A stretch of 64,000 nt of DNA from Bacteroidota bacterium (GCA_013286385.1 JABDFU010000009.1:1053-65052); one strand, 5' to 3'; counted from the first letter of the stretch, positions 30,901 to 41,273 are shown. Notes: generated by a model not told the origin, from the letters alone. Made by a program: numbers and translations.

Positions 30901-33900
30901 GCAACCAAAGTCATTGGAGGGGTCGGAGAAGCTGGGGTGTTTTTGAAAGGTGTTAATTTTATTGATGGGGATTATACCGCCGGGGCTCCTGCTGCTTTTG
31001 GCACCCCTAGAACTTTTTACAGCATAGTAACCGGAAACTGGGAAACCGCCTCCACCTGGTCGTTTACCAGCAATACAGGACCTGCAAATACGGCTGGGGC
31101 GACTCCCGGATCCCAGGACATTGTTATTATAGGAGGAGGAAATTATGTTACCCTGACGGCGACTGCAAGTTGCGCTACCCTTGAGATTCTGAGCGGATCT
31201 ACGCTGGATATATACACCTATACGGGAAGCACTTTCTCTGTTGTAAAGTCAAATTCGGGAGGAAATGGGTTGTTCAGGGAAACCTGTCCGGTATCGGGCA
31301 ATATCAGCACATTTGGATTCCCAACGGGAGATTTTACAAGTTTTAATGAGAACCAGGGAACTACAGAATTTTATGATATTGATGGCACCAGTGGCGATTT
31401 GTATATTTTGCCTTCCAGCGTAACTTCTTTTGGAAATCTTATGATCACAGCCAAAGGCGGGGACAATCTCATACTTCCCAATACCAGTCTGGTAACTGTA
31501 AATGGAAATATGACCTGTGGAGGAGATAATCCTGACGCATGGATCTGTATGAGCTGGAATACCGTACCCTATTACGGAAACACAACCGCCTACAATCCCA
31601 CTATTCAAAAAACAGTTCATGTTACAGGAAATGTAGTTGTAAATACCGGGACGCTGGAATTTATGTGCGATTTTGAACCCCAAACCCTCCAGGTAGATGG
31701 TAATCTTACTGTGAACGCCAATGGATGGATCGATCTGGTTCCAAGCGAATACGGAACACCGCAAGGTGCACCTGTGGCTAACGCCATCATTGTGGGAGGC
31801 AGTTTTATAAACAATTCAAATACAGGGAGCGGAGGTTACGTTGCACTGCAGGAGGGCTCTTATTACTGTAATCTTACTTTTCAGGGAACTACAAATGCAA
31901 GTATATCCGGAACATGTACCTCTACCACCTTTTACAATCTAATTGTAAACAAGGGGACATCAACTGCCCCAACGCTGACCTGTACATTGACTGGTCTTAC
32001 GACCCCAACCGACAATTGGCTTACACTTCAAAACGGAACATTTATTTATGAAAGCGCTGAAGATCTTCCAATCAGTACGGTCACCAATTTTACAATTCCC
32101 TCGACAGCCGGACTTACCATAAATACTCCAAACAATGTTTTTATCAGCCGCAATCCTGCCAACAACCAGACCCTATTCCTGAATGGACAGTTAACTATTC
32201 AGAATGGGAATGTTTACGTTGGTCCCGGCGGAAACAATACTAATAATACGGATATTCAGTACACCGGAGTTGGCGACGCTTCTATTAATGTTTCAGGAGG
32301 AAACCTTTACGTTACGGGCATGATACGCAGGCCAACCACCGGCGGAAACGGAGCGCTGAATTACACCCAAAGTGCCGGTGCGGTTGCTATACAGGGGAAC
32401 AACAACGTGAATTTTACCAATGCCAAGCTCGAAGTTCTGAATTCAGGAAGTTCATTTAACATGTCCGGTGGAACCCTTACTATTTCAAGCGGAAGCGGAA
32501 CAACGTTTGGCGATCTTTACCTCAGACCGGCCAGTTCTAACGTTACCGGTGGAAACATTGTTTTTGACAACACGGTTCCGAATGTTACAACCTCCTATAG
32601 CATGGACGCTGACATCACGTTATACAACCTTCAGGTGAATTCGGTTTCATCTTCTGCCGTTTCTACTTTAAATCTGATGACCAGTCCGCTGAATCTCAGT
32701 TCCCTTACAATCAATTCAAACAGTATTTTCAATTCGACGAATGACAATGTTACCCTCAGCGGTAACCTGAATAACAACGGAACCTATAACTATGGCACAA
32801 ATACAACTACCTTCAGCGGTGGTTCGCAAAGCATCACCGGAGCTTCTGTCACAAACTATTACAATCTAAATGTATCCCCTTCGGGCTCCCTTACCCCCAA
32901 CAGTAATTTTAATGTAAACAATAACCTCAACATTACCAGCGGAAATTTCGCGCTGAATACTTACAATGCTTCGGTCTTAAACGGTGGTTCATTTGTAAAC
33001 AATGGAAATTATACTTCAGACGATGTAAATGGCGGCGTGACCATGGCCGGAACTACCCAGCAGCAGGTTTCAGGATCCGGTTCCTTCGATCGTCTGGTGA
33101 TAAACAACGGCTCCGGGGCGATACTGGAAAGCAATATTAGTCTTCAGTACGATCTGGTTCTTACCTCTGGTATACTTGATATTCAGTCTTACCTGTTAAG
33201 TCTTGGCGTTAATTCCAACATAGGCGGTTCTCCTTTCAGTGCTTCCAAAATGATAGAATGTGATGGCGTGGCTACAAGTCTTGGAGTAGACAAATTGTTT
33301 AACATCGTATCCTCAAGCAACTTTACAATTCCGATCGGGGTGTCGGGAAAGTATACTCCCTTAAATCTGGTAAACTTTACAACCACCTCTATTGGTTCCA
33401 TTACAATTAATCCGATTAACAGTTACCAGCCAACGGTTCTGGATCCAACCAATGTTTTGCAGTATTACTGGAATGTAACAAGTTCAGGTATCAGCAGTTT
33501 TACGGGAGAACTTGATTTTTACTATGTTGCCAGTGATGTCAAAGGAGGTCCCGAGTCAACCTATTTAGCAGCCTGGCTTGAGCAGCCAGGTGATTACTGG
33601 AGTCAGCTTCTTTCTGTCAATACAACTTCCCATTATGCGCCGTTTACCTACACTTCTGCGGGCAACCTGACAGGTTATTATACCGCCGGTACTGACGTGG
33701 CGATTCCAAACGAAGTGCCTACTTATGAGTCGAACAGCAACGGGAACTGGTCAAACAATGCCATCTGGACACCGGTGGGATCGGCTCCTGCCTGTCCTGT
33801 CGGAGGACCTAACGGGTACAATGTGATCATTTTAAATACAGTTACAACAAACGTAAATTACTGCACGGCATTTTCTACTGACATTACATCAACGGGTGTT

Positions 33901-36900
33901 TTGCTGATTGCGTCCCCTACCTATGGACACAACTTCGGAACCGTTACCGGTGATCCGGTTCTGGGTACAGGTACGCTCTATCTGGAAGGGCCTAACATGC
34001 CTGCAGGAAATTTCACTTCCTTCTTAAGTTGTACAGGAGGAGGAACTGTAGAATACGGCGGAACATCAAATTACACCCTGGTATTAAACGGAATTACCAG
34101 TTTCCCCAATCTGACTTTCCTGGGTACCGGCACCCGAACAATTCCGAATTCTGATTTGACCATCTGTAACAATCTCATCATTGAGGGTCCGGCGGTCAAC
34201 AATGCTGTGAATAACCGTCACCTCACTGTTGAAGGATCCATGCAGCTTCTTTTGGGTTCATTCAACAGCGGCACAGGAACTGATGCAACGGTTACATTTG
34301 CGGGCTCATCAGCACAAACTGTTGGCGGAACCACCGGTAATTTTACCGGTTCGAACAGCTTTAACAACCTGGAGATTAACAATTCATCCGGGCTAACCAT
34401 AGGAGCCGGGGGAAGCATTAATGTTAACGGAAACCTGTTGCTCACCAATGGAAACATTACAACCTCTTCCACCAGCACCCTGACCATTTCAAATACGTCT
34501 TCTGCAGCAGTAATTCCAACAGGTGGAAGCTCCTCATCGTATGTTAATGGTCCTTTGACCAAGTTGATTATAAACGGAAGTAACTTCCTTTTTCCTTTAG
34601 GGGACGGAAATACAAAGGGCCATAATTTTACCGTTTTGTCCTCGACCACCGGAACTTCTTCCTGGACTGCGCAATTTTTTACTCCCAATCCTACTTATTC
34701 TTCACTTACTTCCCCGATTGTTGTACTGGACGAATTGGAATATTGGGCCGTTAACAGTACAGCAGCCAATACGGCTCAGATAGAAATTGGTTTTGACCCT
34801 CAGAGCAATCTGAATGGCACAATGACTCAGAATGGAATAGGAGACCTGCGTGCTTCACAGTACACCGGAGGTTCCTGGGCAGCCCTTTCCACAACAACTT
34901 CGGGCACAAACTCCACCGGCGATGTATTGACAACTTCGGCTGTGACTATTTCAACTACTCCTCTCGATTTTACAATCGGAGGTATTAGCACCACCAAGCC
35001 CACAGCAACACTCAGCCCTGGCGGGACAATTTGCGGAAATGCCGGGATACCCGTAACTTTTACTTCTGATCTGGTCTCTGTTTCGCTCAATTACACAATA
35101 GACTATAACTGGAATGGTGTTGCCCAAACGCCGATTGTGGTAACATCCTTGCCGTTTACTTTGCCTACTTCCACTTCAGGGGGAACCTATCAGCTCACCG
35201 GATATTATTATAACAACAGCAGTGTTCATGGTGCAGTGGATGGGACGATCATTACCGTTTACCCAAGTCCGACAACAGCCAATGCAGGAACAAGCCAGAC
35301 CTTGTGCAGTGTTTCGGATGCGACACTGGCAGGAAATACGATTCAATCAGGAAGAGGGACTGGACTGTGGACCATACTTTCAGGCTCGGGGGGATACTTC
35401 CCGATTTCAGATACCATGCACAATGCACAGTTTAATGGGGTAGTTGGAAATTCATACACGCTTGAATGGACCATTTCCAGTGGTACTTGTATATCCAGCA
35501 GCACAACAACAATTACATTTGCCTACGTCCCTGAAAAACCATCTAATTTTACTGCCGCTCCGATAAACGTTTGCCAGGGAATTTCGGGATATGTTTACAG
35601 TATTCCGGGCGTACCTACTGCAACCACTTATAACTGGTCCTATAGCGGTACAGGCGGAACCTTTACGGGATCCGGAACCTCGGTAAGCATAGGATTCAGC
35701 GGCACCGCCGGAACAGGTTCGAATACAATCAGTGTAACAGCTGAAAACAGTTGTGGTACCGGAAGTTCAAGAACAGTTACTGTTACGGTTAGTCCCTATT
35801 CAGGCGGGACATGGTTGGGAAATGTTGACTTCAACTGGATGAATGCGGATAACTGGTCCTGCAGTCAGCTGCCCACTTCAGCTACCAATGTAACCATTCC
35901 AGGCACTGCTCCCAATATGCCGGTCATAAGTTCTTCAGGTGCCATATGCAACAGCCTGACTATTCAAAATTCAGCTACACTGACCATTAGTGGGGCAAAT
36001 ACACTGAACGTCTACGGTAGCTGGACAAACAATGGGAAGTTTTATTGTACCACGGGGGGCACTGTTTCATTTGATGGTACCGGAGCTGGTCTTACCATTG
36101 GAGGCAGCGGTCAAAGTACTTTTTCAAATCTTACACTTTCCACCTCCCTGACTTCTGACGCATATACCCTGGAGAATACCCTGGACAGCGTTTTAACTAG
36201 CCTTACACTGACCAAAGGCCGGTTGACACTGAACGGAAACACACTTGTTATTAATAATTCTGCAACAACAGCTATTGCAAGTACTTCAGGATACATCATC
36301 AGCGAAACGGCAAACGGCGGAAACAACAAGAGTATCGTGCAGTGGAATAACCTCGGTACAGCAACGGGCACCTATGTGATACCTTTTGCCACAGTCGGAG
36401 GTACTTCTATACCGGTAACCTATCAGTTGACTGCAACAGGAACTGCCGGAAGTGTTTCCTTTTCTACTTACTATGCAAATTCCCCCAGCGCCTGCCGCCC
36501 TTTACCGGTTGAGGTTACGGGTCCGATTCCGGGAGATCTTGGAGATTACGGGGATGGCAGTTTGTATACGGCCAAACGATTCTGGCAAATAGACAGAACC
36601 GCCGGTAATGCGGGCGGTACGGTTACGCTTACGCTCAACATAGATCCGGTAAACGATGTTCCGATAGCGGGATCGGGCACTATGATTCTGAACCACTACA
36701 ATACAGGAACAAACAGATGGGACGTTCCCTATTCCACAGCTGCTCCCTGGAATTCGACCGGAACTTCAACCAGTGCAACGGTTTCGAACCTGACCGTTTT
36801 TTCACCCTGGGCAATGACGTATGCCAGTCACGCCCTGCCTGTTTCACTTCTTGATTTCAATGCACTTCTTGATTGCCAGAAACAGGTTACTGATTTAAGC

Positions 36901-37392
36901 TGGTCAACCGCCTCTGAAACCAATAACAATTACTTTACTGTCGAGCGCAGCGCCACCGCAGATTCAATTTTTTCAGCGGTTACCACAGTCCCCGGAGCCG
37001 GAACAACCAGTATCGAACATACCTATGCTGCAATAGATCCTAAACCCTTGGGCGGAATGAGTTATTACCGCCTGAAGCAAACCGACTTTGACGGAAAGTA
37101 TACCTATTCGGCTATCGTTCCGGTTCAGAATAATGGCATATCCATTGAATCGGTATATCCGAACCCATCCAATTCAGGAATCAATATTGTATCGGTGCTT
37201 CCGGCAAACGGGACGTATATTCTAACAATGTACGATGTGATTGGCCAGCCGGTCTATACCACACAAGCTCAGGGGAAAACAGGCTCTAACCTATTTACCA
37301 TTACCCCTTCTGATCTTCCGCCCGGCATGTACATGCTGCGTCTGAGCGATGTGAACGGCTACACGAAAACCGTGAATATAGTCAGGGAATAG
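28000..37392 (+). CDS. Giant (3130 aa) secreted repeat protein with a type A T9SS C-terminal sorting domain; probable surface adhesin
   Basis: A signal peptide, then four super-repeats each opening with a G-[DN]-W...W motif. An Ig/PKD-like block covers about aa 2330-2600. An FN3-like pre-CTD domain follows (YFTVERSATADS...YYRLKQTDFDGKYTYS), then the CTD VYPNPSNSGINIV...MYMLRLSDVNGYTKTVNIVRE. Probable true start is 28024. Confidence 0.85.
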   Translation: MLSTGEKVMAKTVALLLFVLSGAFSLRGYSQTTYYSYQTGDWNAASTWTSDPSGTTQVGATVPGNGSNVIILSNRTVSISTNIATTTLSVSINSGAFLDLSTFSFTSGFSTLAGQGTLELASVNFPSVATNNLCASGGGTVEYYNAANFTLPAVSTYNNLTINTVSFIATQLSNITLNGNLNVVSGTFQINNNTSTTALVLTINGSVNVSSGATIAVGQGSTNTTTNPSGVAAGGSYPFINYYAQFHRVNIYGDFINNGTVRFTNLTYPVYNLFPPLGNAATSGAASVCFSGSTSNVITCNGQTDFYNLILNKADVSYQLTVTPSSYSNFRLFGANSAGYDLTSPSTTLANPNLQKALWIRTGTLVLAGTTVIPSLTEGTSATADYYLPENGLLNIDGPDVIVLGTADVYQDVNAAYGVSGGSGSVNGVVAGNTPAVYNSFYLFGQLQVNSGFFSTRESGGIITDNTAAGQLIINGGNVDTKQFLCLTGAGSAASFQQNGGNFFIRGRFQRTPLAYTSAANLLDTTTASLNTSRAMDGITTGYGSFGMDNSTNLFTMTAGIMTIYDVCDQSGQYAIEVYSSASNINVTGGTVKFIPTTGTVLADASDYLVSSLASFGNLLISRASGSAVVELNGAGSGYPLTVLDSVSLSSGSFNANGQNLTIGGNFTLYSGTTYTTGSNTTIFNGSGTQVFNINLATALSLNSLSISKSSGTTLNFDGTQKTVNVLGNFSLTLATMNDNGDAINVTGNVYNSGVHSGTGMITLNASATTQTIDGNGIFQNLELNNTNGAAAPVSLVNNCTVNGNLTFSQNNMFAIGTYNLTLNATAAIVKSGSSGANSYLEGAGNYGDGGVTKVFSTSSTAFTYPIGMAAGYTPASFTFTTNPTTYGSINVVPVNYEQPDVTVTGQSLNYFWRVTSSGFTMGSGQLTQGYTYLEANVQGTESSYVAADYTESTNTWAYGLTSDVNTATKVIGGVGEAGVFLKGVNFIDGDYTAGAPAAFGTPRTFYSIVTGNWETASTWSFTSNTGPANTAGATPGSQDIVIIGGGNYVTLTATASCATLEILSGSTLDIYTYTGSTFSVVKSNSGGNGLFRETCPVSGNISTFGFPTGDFTSFNENQGTTEFYDIDGTSGDLYILPSSVTSFGNLMITAKGGDNLILPNTSLVTVNGNMTCGGDNPDAWICMSWNTVPYYGNTTAYNPTIQKTVHVTGNVVVNTGTLEFMCDFEPQTLQVDGNLTVNANGWIDLVPSEYGTPQGAPVANAIIVGGSFINNSNTGSGGYVALQEGSYYCNLTFQGTTNASISGTCTSTTFYNLIVNKGTSTAPTLTCTLTGLTTPTDNWLTLQNGTFIYESAEDLPISTVTNFTIPSTAGLTINTPNNVFISRNPANNQTLFLNGQLTIQNGNVYVGPGGNNTNNTDIQYTGVGDASINVSGGNLYVTGMIRRPTTGGNGALNYTQSAGAVAIQGNNNVNFTNAKLEVLNSGSSFNMSGGTLTISSGSGTTFGDLYLRPASSNVTGGNIVFDNTVPNVTTSYSMDADITLYNLQVNSVSSSAVSTLNLMTSPLNLSSLTINSNSIFNSTNDNVTLSGNLNNNGTYNYGTNTTTFSGGSQSITGASVTNYYNLNVSPSGSLTPNSNFNVNNNLNITSGNFALNTYNASVLNGGSFVNNGNYTSDDVNGGVTMAGTTQQQVSGSGSFDRLVINNGSGAILESNISLQYDLVLTSGILDIQSYLLSLGVNSNIGGSPFSASKMIECDGVATSLGVDKLFNIVSSSNFTIPIGVSGKYTPLNLVNFTTTSIGSITINPINSYQPTVLDPTNVLQYYWNVTSSGISSFTGELDFYYVASDVKGGPESTYLAAWLEQPGDYWSQLLSVNTTSHYAPFTYTSAGNLTGYYTAGTDVAIPNEVPTYESNSNGNWSNNAIWTPVGSAPACPVGGPNGYNVIILNTVTTNVNYCTAFSTDITSTGVLLIASPTYGHNFGTVTGDPVLGTGTLYLEGPNMPAGNFTSFLSCTGGGTVEYGGTSNYTLVLNGITSFPNLTFLGTGTRTIPNSDLTICNNLIIEGPAVNNAVNNRHLTVEGSMQLLLGSFNSGTGTDATVTFAGSSAQTVGGTTGNFTGSNSFNNLEINNSSGLTIGAGGSINVNGNLLLTNGNITTSSTSTLTISNTSSAAVIPTGGSSSSYVNGPLTKLIINGSNFLFPLGDGNTKGHNFTVLSSTTGTSSWTAQFFTPNPTYSSLTSPIVVLDELEYWAVNSTAANTAQIEIGFDPQSNLNGTMTQNGIGDLRASQYTGGSWAALSTTTSGTNSTGDVLTTSAVTISTTPLDFTIGGISTTKPTATLSPGGTICGNAGIPVTFTSDLVSVSLNYTIDYNWNGVAQTPIVVTSLPFTLPTSTSGGTYQLTGYYYNNSSVHGAVDGTIITVYPSPTTANAGTSQTLCSVSDATLAGNTIQSGRGTGLWTILSGSGGYFPISDTMHNAQFNGVVGNSYTLEWTISSGTCISSSTTTITFAYVPEKPSNFTAAPINVCQGISGYVYSIPGVPTATTYNWSYSGTGGTFTGSGTSVSIGFSGTAGTGSNTISVTAENSCGTGSSRTVTVTVSPYSGGTWLGNVDFNWMNADNWSCSQLPTSATNVTIPGTAPNMPVISSSGAICNSLTIQNSATLTISGANTLNVYGSWTNNGKFYCTTGGTVSFDGTGAGLTIGGSGQSTFSNLTLSTSLTSDAYTLENTLDSVLTSLTLTKGRLTLNGNTLVINNSATTAIASTSGYIISETANGGNNKSIVQWNNLGTATGTYVIPFATVGGTSIPVTYQLTATGTAGSVSFSTYYANSPSACRPLPVEVTGPIPGDLGDYGDGSLYTAKRFWQIDRTAGNAGGTVTLTLNIDPVNDVPIAGSGTMILNHYNTGTNRWDVPYSTAAPWNSTGTSTSATVSNLTVFSPWAMTYASHALPVSLLDFNALLDCQKQVTDLSWSTASETNNNYFTVERSATADSIFSAVTTVPGAGTTSIEHTYAAIDPKPLGGMSYYRLKQTDFDGKYTYSAIVPVQNNGISIESVYPNPSNSGINIVSVLPANGTYILTMYDVIGQPVYTTQAQGKTGSNLFTITPSDLPPGMYMLRLSDVNGYTKTVNIVRE

Positions 37393-37399
37393 AGCCGGA

Positions 37400-37738
37400 T
37401 TAATGATTCGTAATCGCTTTGCTGTTTTTGCTCTCCTGTTGGTTCAGGGTTTTTTGTTCAGGCTTGCTGATATGTCCCCCGTTTTGTTTGGCCATTGATT
37501 TTTCCTCTGTCCGGATTTTTTTGTCATTCTGATGCAGCTTCGCGCCTTCAGCTTTAGACATTTTTCCTTCTTCCACTTTTTTATCAATGTTTTGGTTCTG
37601 ATTGTTCAGGCGATTGTTAACCTGAGTTCGTCTGGGGTGGTCAGGGATTGACGCAGGGGAAGTTTGCGCAATCAATGCCCCATTCGTTAACCCGACTAAA
37701 ACAAGCGCCAGCATGACTGGCAATTTTTTTGTATCCAT
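37400..37738 (-). CDS. Small secreted Lys/Gln/Asn-rich protein of unknown function
   Basis: 112 aa with a signal peptide and a low-complexity charged body. It is convergent with the giant gene, with only a 7-nt spacer. Confidence 0.55.
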   Translation of the reverse strand: MDTKKLPVMLALVLVGLTNGALIAQTSPASIPDHPRRTQVNNRLNNQNQNIDKKVEEGKMSKAEGAKLHQNDKKIRTEEKSMAKQNGGHISKPEQKTLNQQESKNSKAITNH

Positions 37739-37791
37739 GGTTGTATTTCCCCGGCATAAATCTACAATGTTTTTGTGAACCTAAAATGAAT

Positions 37792-37799
37792 TAATTTTG
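37792..37799 (+). promoter_or_regulatory. Candidate promoter: -7 box TAATTTTG, with TTTG at 37772-37775 as a possible -33 element
   Basis: Exact TAnnTTTG match 15 nt upstream of the ATG at 37814, with a TTTG 16 nt upstream of the box. Confidence 0.35.
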
Positions 37800-37813
37800 G
37801 TCAAGCTTTACTC

Positions 37814-38233
37814 ATGGCCAAACAGGTTTTAACGATTGAATACGAGTTTGATTTTACCCTTTTCGGCATATCCTGTCATGAAAAAGATTATCGTCTGAGC
37901 TGGGCACTCAACAAAGGCTTAAACATCGACATGGCAAAGACGCCTGATTATCAAATTGAAACCAAAAAACAAAAGGAGGCCCTCTCCTATTCTGCATATT
38001 CATTTGAAGATACTCAGCGCTACCTTCATTTCTTTCTGATCGCAAATAAAGGAAGTCAAAGCCTGCTGCTGCCCGAGCAAAAACAAGCCGATTTTTTATT
38101 ACTTATCAAGGGGACTGTGAATCCTGAAAGTAAATTGAATTTTTTAAAAGAAATTAAAGCTTCACAGGATGTCCTTACGGCTTTCGAAATAGATCCGAAT
38201 TCACTCCGGTCGAAAGAAAACCTGCTTTTTTAG
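37814..38233 (+). CDS. IPExxxVDY-family-like protein
   Basis: 139 aa. FGISCHEKDYRLSWALNK... and LLPEQKQADFLLLIKG resemble the Bacteroidota family commonly found upstream of pyk. Recognised from memory only. Confidence 0.45.
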   Translation: MAKQVLTIEYEFDFTLFGISCHEKDYRLSWALNKGLNIDMAKTPDYQIETKKQKEALSYSAYSFEDTQRYLHFFLIANKGSQSLLLPEQKQADFLLLIKGTVNPESKLNFLKEIKASQDVLTAFEIDPNSLRSKENLLF

Positions 38234-38305
38234 CGCCCTCCGGGCATACCAAAAGACTACGGTTTCATTTATTGAAACCTTGCTTTTTTAATTACTTTTG
38301 ACCAC

Positions 38306-39727
38306 ATGATCAATAAGACTAAAATTGTGGCGACCATGGGTCCTGCCTCCACCCCGCCTGATATACTCGAAGCAATGATAAAAGCGGGAGTGAACATTTG
38401 CCGTATCAATTTTTCACACGGTTCGTATGATGATGTAAAAAATGCAATTACAACCATACGGTCCTTAAACAAAAAGTTAAATACACATGTAGGTATTTTG
38501 GCCGATTTGCAGGGCCCGAAACTCCGTATTGGAGAAGTCGAGAACAATGCTGTTGAATTAATTGTCGACAATACGATTACCATTACGACAAAAGAGCATA
38601 TTGGAACGAAAGAAAAGATTTACATTACCTACCCCCAGTTTCCTAAAGATGTTGCTGTTGGTGACAATGTTCTGATTGACGATGGAAAGATTTTGCTGAA
38701 AGTCCTTTCGACAAACCGATCGGATGAAGTGAAAGCAAAAATAATTTACGGAGGCATTCTATCCTCTAAAAAGGGAGTCAACCTCCCCAATACAAAAATT
38801 TCTCTTCCCTGTCTTACCGAAAAAGATTTGAAAGATCTTGACTTTGCCTTGGAGAATGAAGTTGAATGGATAGGCCTTTCATTTGTAAGAAGTGTTACGG
38901 ATATTCTCGACCTGAAAGAGATTATTAAATCAAAAAACAAACGCGCACGCGTAATAGCCAAAATTGAAAAGCCGGAGGCAATTTCAGAGATCGATAATAT
39001 CATTGACATGGCGGATGGTATTATGGTAGCAAGAGGGGATCTTGGTGTCGAATTACCCATGGAACAGGTTCCCATGATCCAGAAGATGCTGGTCACAAAA
39101 TGCATAAGCGCATCCAAGCCGGTGATTATTGCAACTCAGATGATGGAAAGTATGATTACCAATTTTTCGCCTACCCGTGCTGAGGTGAACGATGTAGCCA
39201 ATGCCGTAATGGATGGTGCGGATGCGGTTATGCTTAGTGGAGAAACTTCGGTAGGAAAATATCCGGTAAAGGTCATTGAAAACATGAGTAAAATTGTTGC
39301 TCAGGTCGAAAGTCTGGGGGCTATCTATTACCGTGAGCACCCTCCGATTTTAAAGACCCAGACTTTTATTTCTGATTCGATTTGCTTTAACGCCTGCCTT
39401 GTCGCTAAACAGGCAGGTGCAAGCGCTATTGTTTCCATGACCAACTCGGGTTATACGGCATTTAAAATCTCTAGTCATCGGCCCAAAGCCAATATTTATA
39501 TTTTTACCGACAATGAAAGTTTGCTGACTTCTTTGAGTTTGGTTTGGGGTGTTAAAGGGTTTTACTACAACCGTTACGAAAGTACCGACCAGACCATTTC
39601 TGACATCAAAGATTTACTGCGTTCAAGCGGATTTGTAAAGACCGACGATTTGGTCATAAATATTGCAAGTATTCCTATGCACGAACGTGGCCGGACTAAT
39701 ATGTTAAAATTAAGTTACATTTCGTGA
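38306..39727 (+). CDS. pyk: Pyruvate kinase
   Basis: 473 aa. KIVATMGPAS, CRINFSHGS, IAKIEKPEA and MVARGDLGVE are canonical PK blocks. Confidence 0.95.
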   Translation: MINKTKIVATMGPASTPPDILEAMIKAGVNICRINFSHGSYDDVKNAITTIRSLNKKLNTHVGILADLQGPKLRIGEVENNAVELIVDNTITITTKEHIGTKEKIYITYPQFPKDVAVGDNVLIDDGKILLKVLSTNRSDEVKAKIIYGGILSSKKGVNLPNTKISLPCLTEKDLKDLDFALENEVEWIGLSFVRSVTDILDLKEIIKSKNKRARVIAKIEKPEAISEIDNIIDMADGIMVARGDLGVELPMEQVPMIQKMLVTKCISASKPVIIATQMMESMITNFSPTRAEVNDVANAVMDGADAVMLSGETSVGKYPVKVIENMSKIVAQVESLGAIYYREHPPILKTQTFISDSICFNACLVAKQAGASAIVSMTNSGYTAFKISSHRPKANIYIFTDNESLLTSLSLVWGVKGFYYNRYESTDQTISDIKDLLRSSGFVKTDDLVINIASIPMHERGRTNMLKLSYIS

Positions 39728-39728
39728 T

Positions 39729-40769
39729 ATGCTAAACACTCCACTTCTGAAATCGATCTGCGAAACCCCTGGTGTCCCCGGGTATGAGCAAAAAATCCGT
39801 GCGCTCATTATTGAAGAGATTACAGATCATGTTGATAAAGTTACAGTCGACAACATGGGAAATGTTACAGCGTTCAAAAAGGGTAAAAAGGATAAAAAGG
39901 TCATGATAGCCGCCCATATGGACGAAATCGGGTTCATGGTTAATCACATTGATGAACATGGATTTTTGAGATTTATTCCTTTAGGTGGATTTGATCCAAA
40001 GACATTAACTGCTCAAAGGGTTGTTGTCCATGGAAAAAAGGATATTATCGGTGTTATGGGCAGTAAACCCTTTCATATGATGAATGCCGAAGATCGAAAC
40101 AAGGTAGTTCCTCTCCAGGATTATTTTATTGACCTTGGCATGAAGAAAAAGGATGTTGAAAAAATTGTCCGATTAGGTGATACAGTTACCCGCGAGAGGG
40201 AATTAATTGAGATGGGCGATTGTGTAAATTGCAAGTCCCTTGACAATCGGGTTTCGGTTTATATTTTGATTGAAGCGTTGAAGGAATTGAAAAATACCCC
40301 TTATGATGTATATGCCGTTTTTACGGTGCAGGAAGAAGTCGGCATCCGTGGAGCTCAGGCCGCAACTTTAAATATTCAACCTTTTTTCGGAATCGGATTG
40401 GATACCACAATTGCATTTGATGTACCCGGCGCGAAAGATCAGGAAGTTTGTACACGGATAGGAGCAGGTACGGCTATTAAAGTCATGGACTCCTCCGCTA
40501 TCTGTGATTATCGTATGGTTGCATTTATGAAGGAAACCGCAGCAAAACATAAAATCAAATTTCAATTGGAAATGCTGACTGCCGGAGGCACCGATACGGC
40601 TTCCTTACAAAGAATGACTCCAGGTGGTTCAATTTCCGGTGCCATCTCTATCCCTACCCGTCACATTCACCAGGTTATTGAAATGTGCAGTAAAGCGGAT
40701 ATCCGCTCTAGCATCGATCTGTTGAAAGCGTGTTTAACAGATCTCGACAAATTCGACTGGAAATTCTGA
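39729..40769 (+). CDS. M42-family metallopeptidase (FrvX / glutamyl-aminopeptidase-like)
   Basis: 346 aa with AAHMDEIGFMV, DNRVSVY and VQEEVGIRGA motifs. Confidence 0.85.
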   Translation: MLNTPLLKSICETPGVPGYEQKIRALIIEEITDHVDKVTVDNMGNVTAFKKGKKDKKVMIAAHMDEIGFMVNHIDEHGFLRFIPLGGFDPKTLTAQRVVVHGKKDIIGVMGSKPFHMMNAEDRNKVVPLQDYFIDLGMKKKDVEKIVRLGDTVTRERELIEMGDCVNCKSLDNRVSVYILIEALKELKNTPYDVYAVFTVQEEVGIRGAQAATLNIQPFFGIGLDTTIAFDVPGAKDQEVCTRIGAGTAIKVMDSSAICDYRMVAFMKETAAKHKIKFQLEMLTAGGTDTASLQRMTPGGSISGAISIPTRHIHQVIEMCSKADIRSSIDLLKACLTDLDKFDWKF

Positions 40770-40868
40770 TTTTTTAGTCCTCTCCCCCGCCCTGCACCTA
40801 TTTCTTTGTATTAATTATCTTGTCGTTACTTTTGACTTAACTATTGCTTTTCTTTTGATTCAGCTTAA

Positions 40869-40887
40869 ATAGTTTCACGTGGAACAT
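40869..40887 (+). repeat. Copy 1 of an exact 19-bp direct repeat ATAGTTTCACGTGGAACAT (imperfect palindrome GTTTCAC|GTGGAAC)
   Basis: Read directly. It lies 100 nt downstream of the M42 peptidase stop, inside a 504-bp AT-rich spacer. Confidence 0.9.
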
Positions 40888-41273
40888 ATTTTTGCTTTTA
40901 GCTGCCATTTTAAATTATTCATTATTTCAATGAGATAGTTTATTCCTAAGCAGTTCATATTTATATATTTTTAAAAATGGCTATAATTACATATGGATGC
41001 TGAATAGAGCTTATTTTTATTTTATTATTTCAATTTGTTTACTACCAAAGGTAATTGTGCTTTTTATCGTTTTCCACCAATAAATGTCCACTAGTATGGC
41101 AATAAAGCCTTGCGAATTTTAATCACTTACCTGCTGCCCAATTGTAAAACTATTTGCAATTCCCTCCCGGCCTACTTACCTTCGCCGCCATTTAATAGCC
41201 ATATAGCTCTGGTATTAAAATCAGCATATATGGCCTAATCCATGTGACCACTAAAACCTAAAACTAAGTATAC

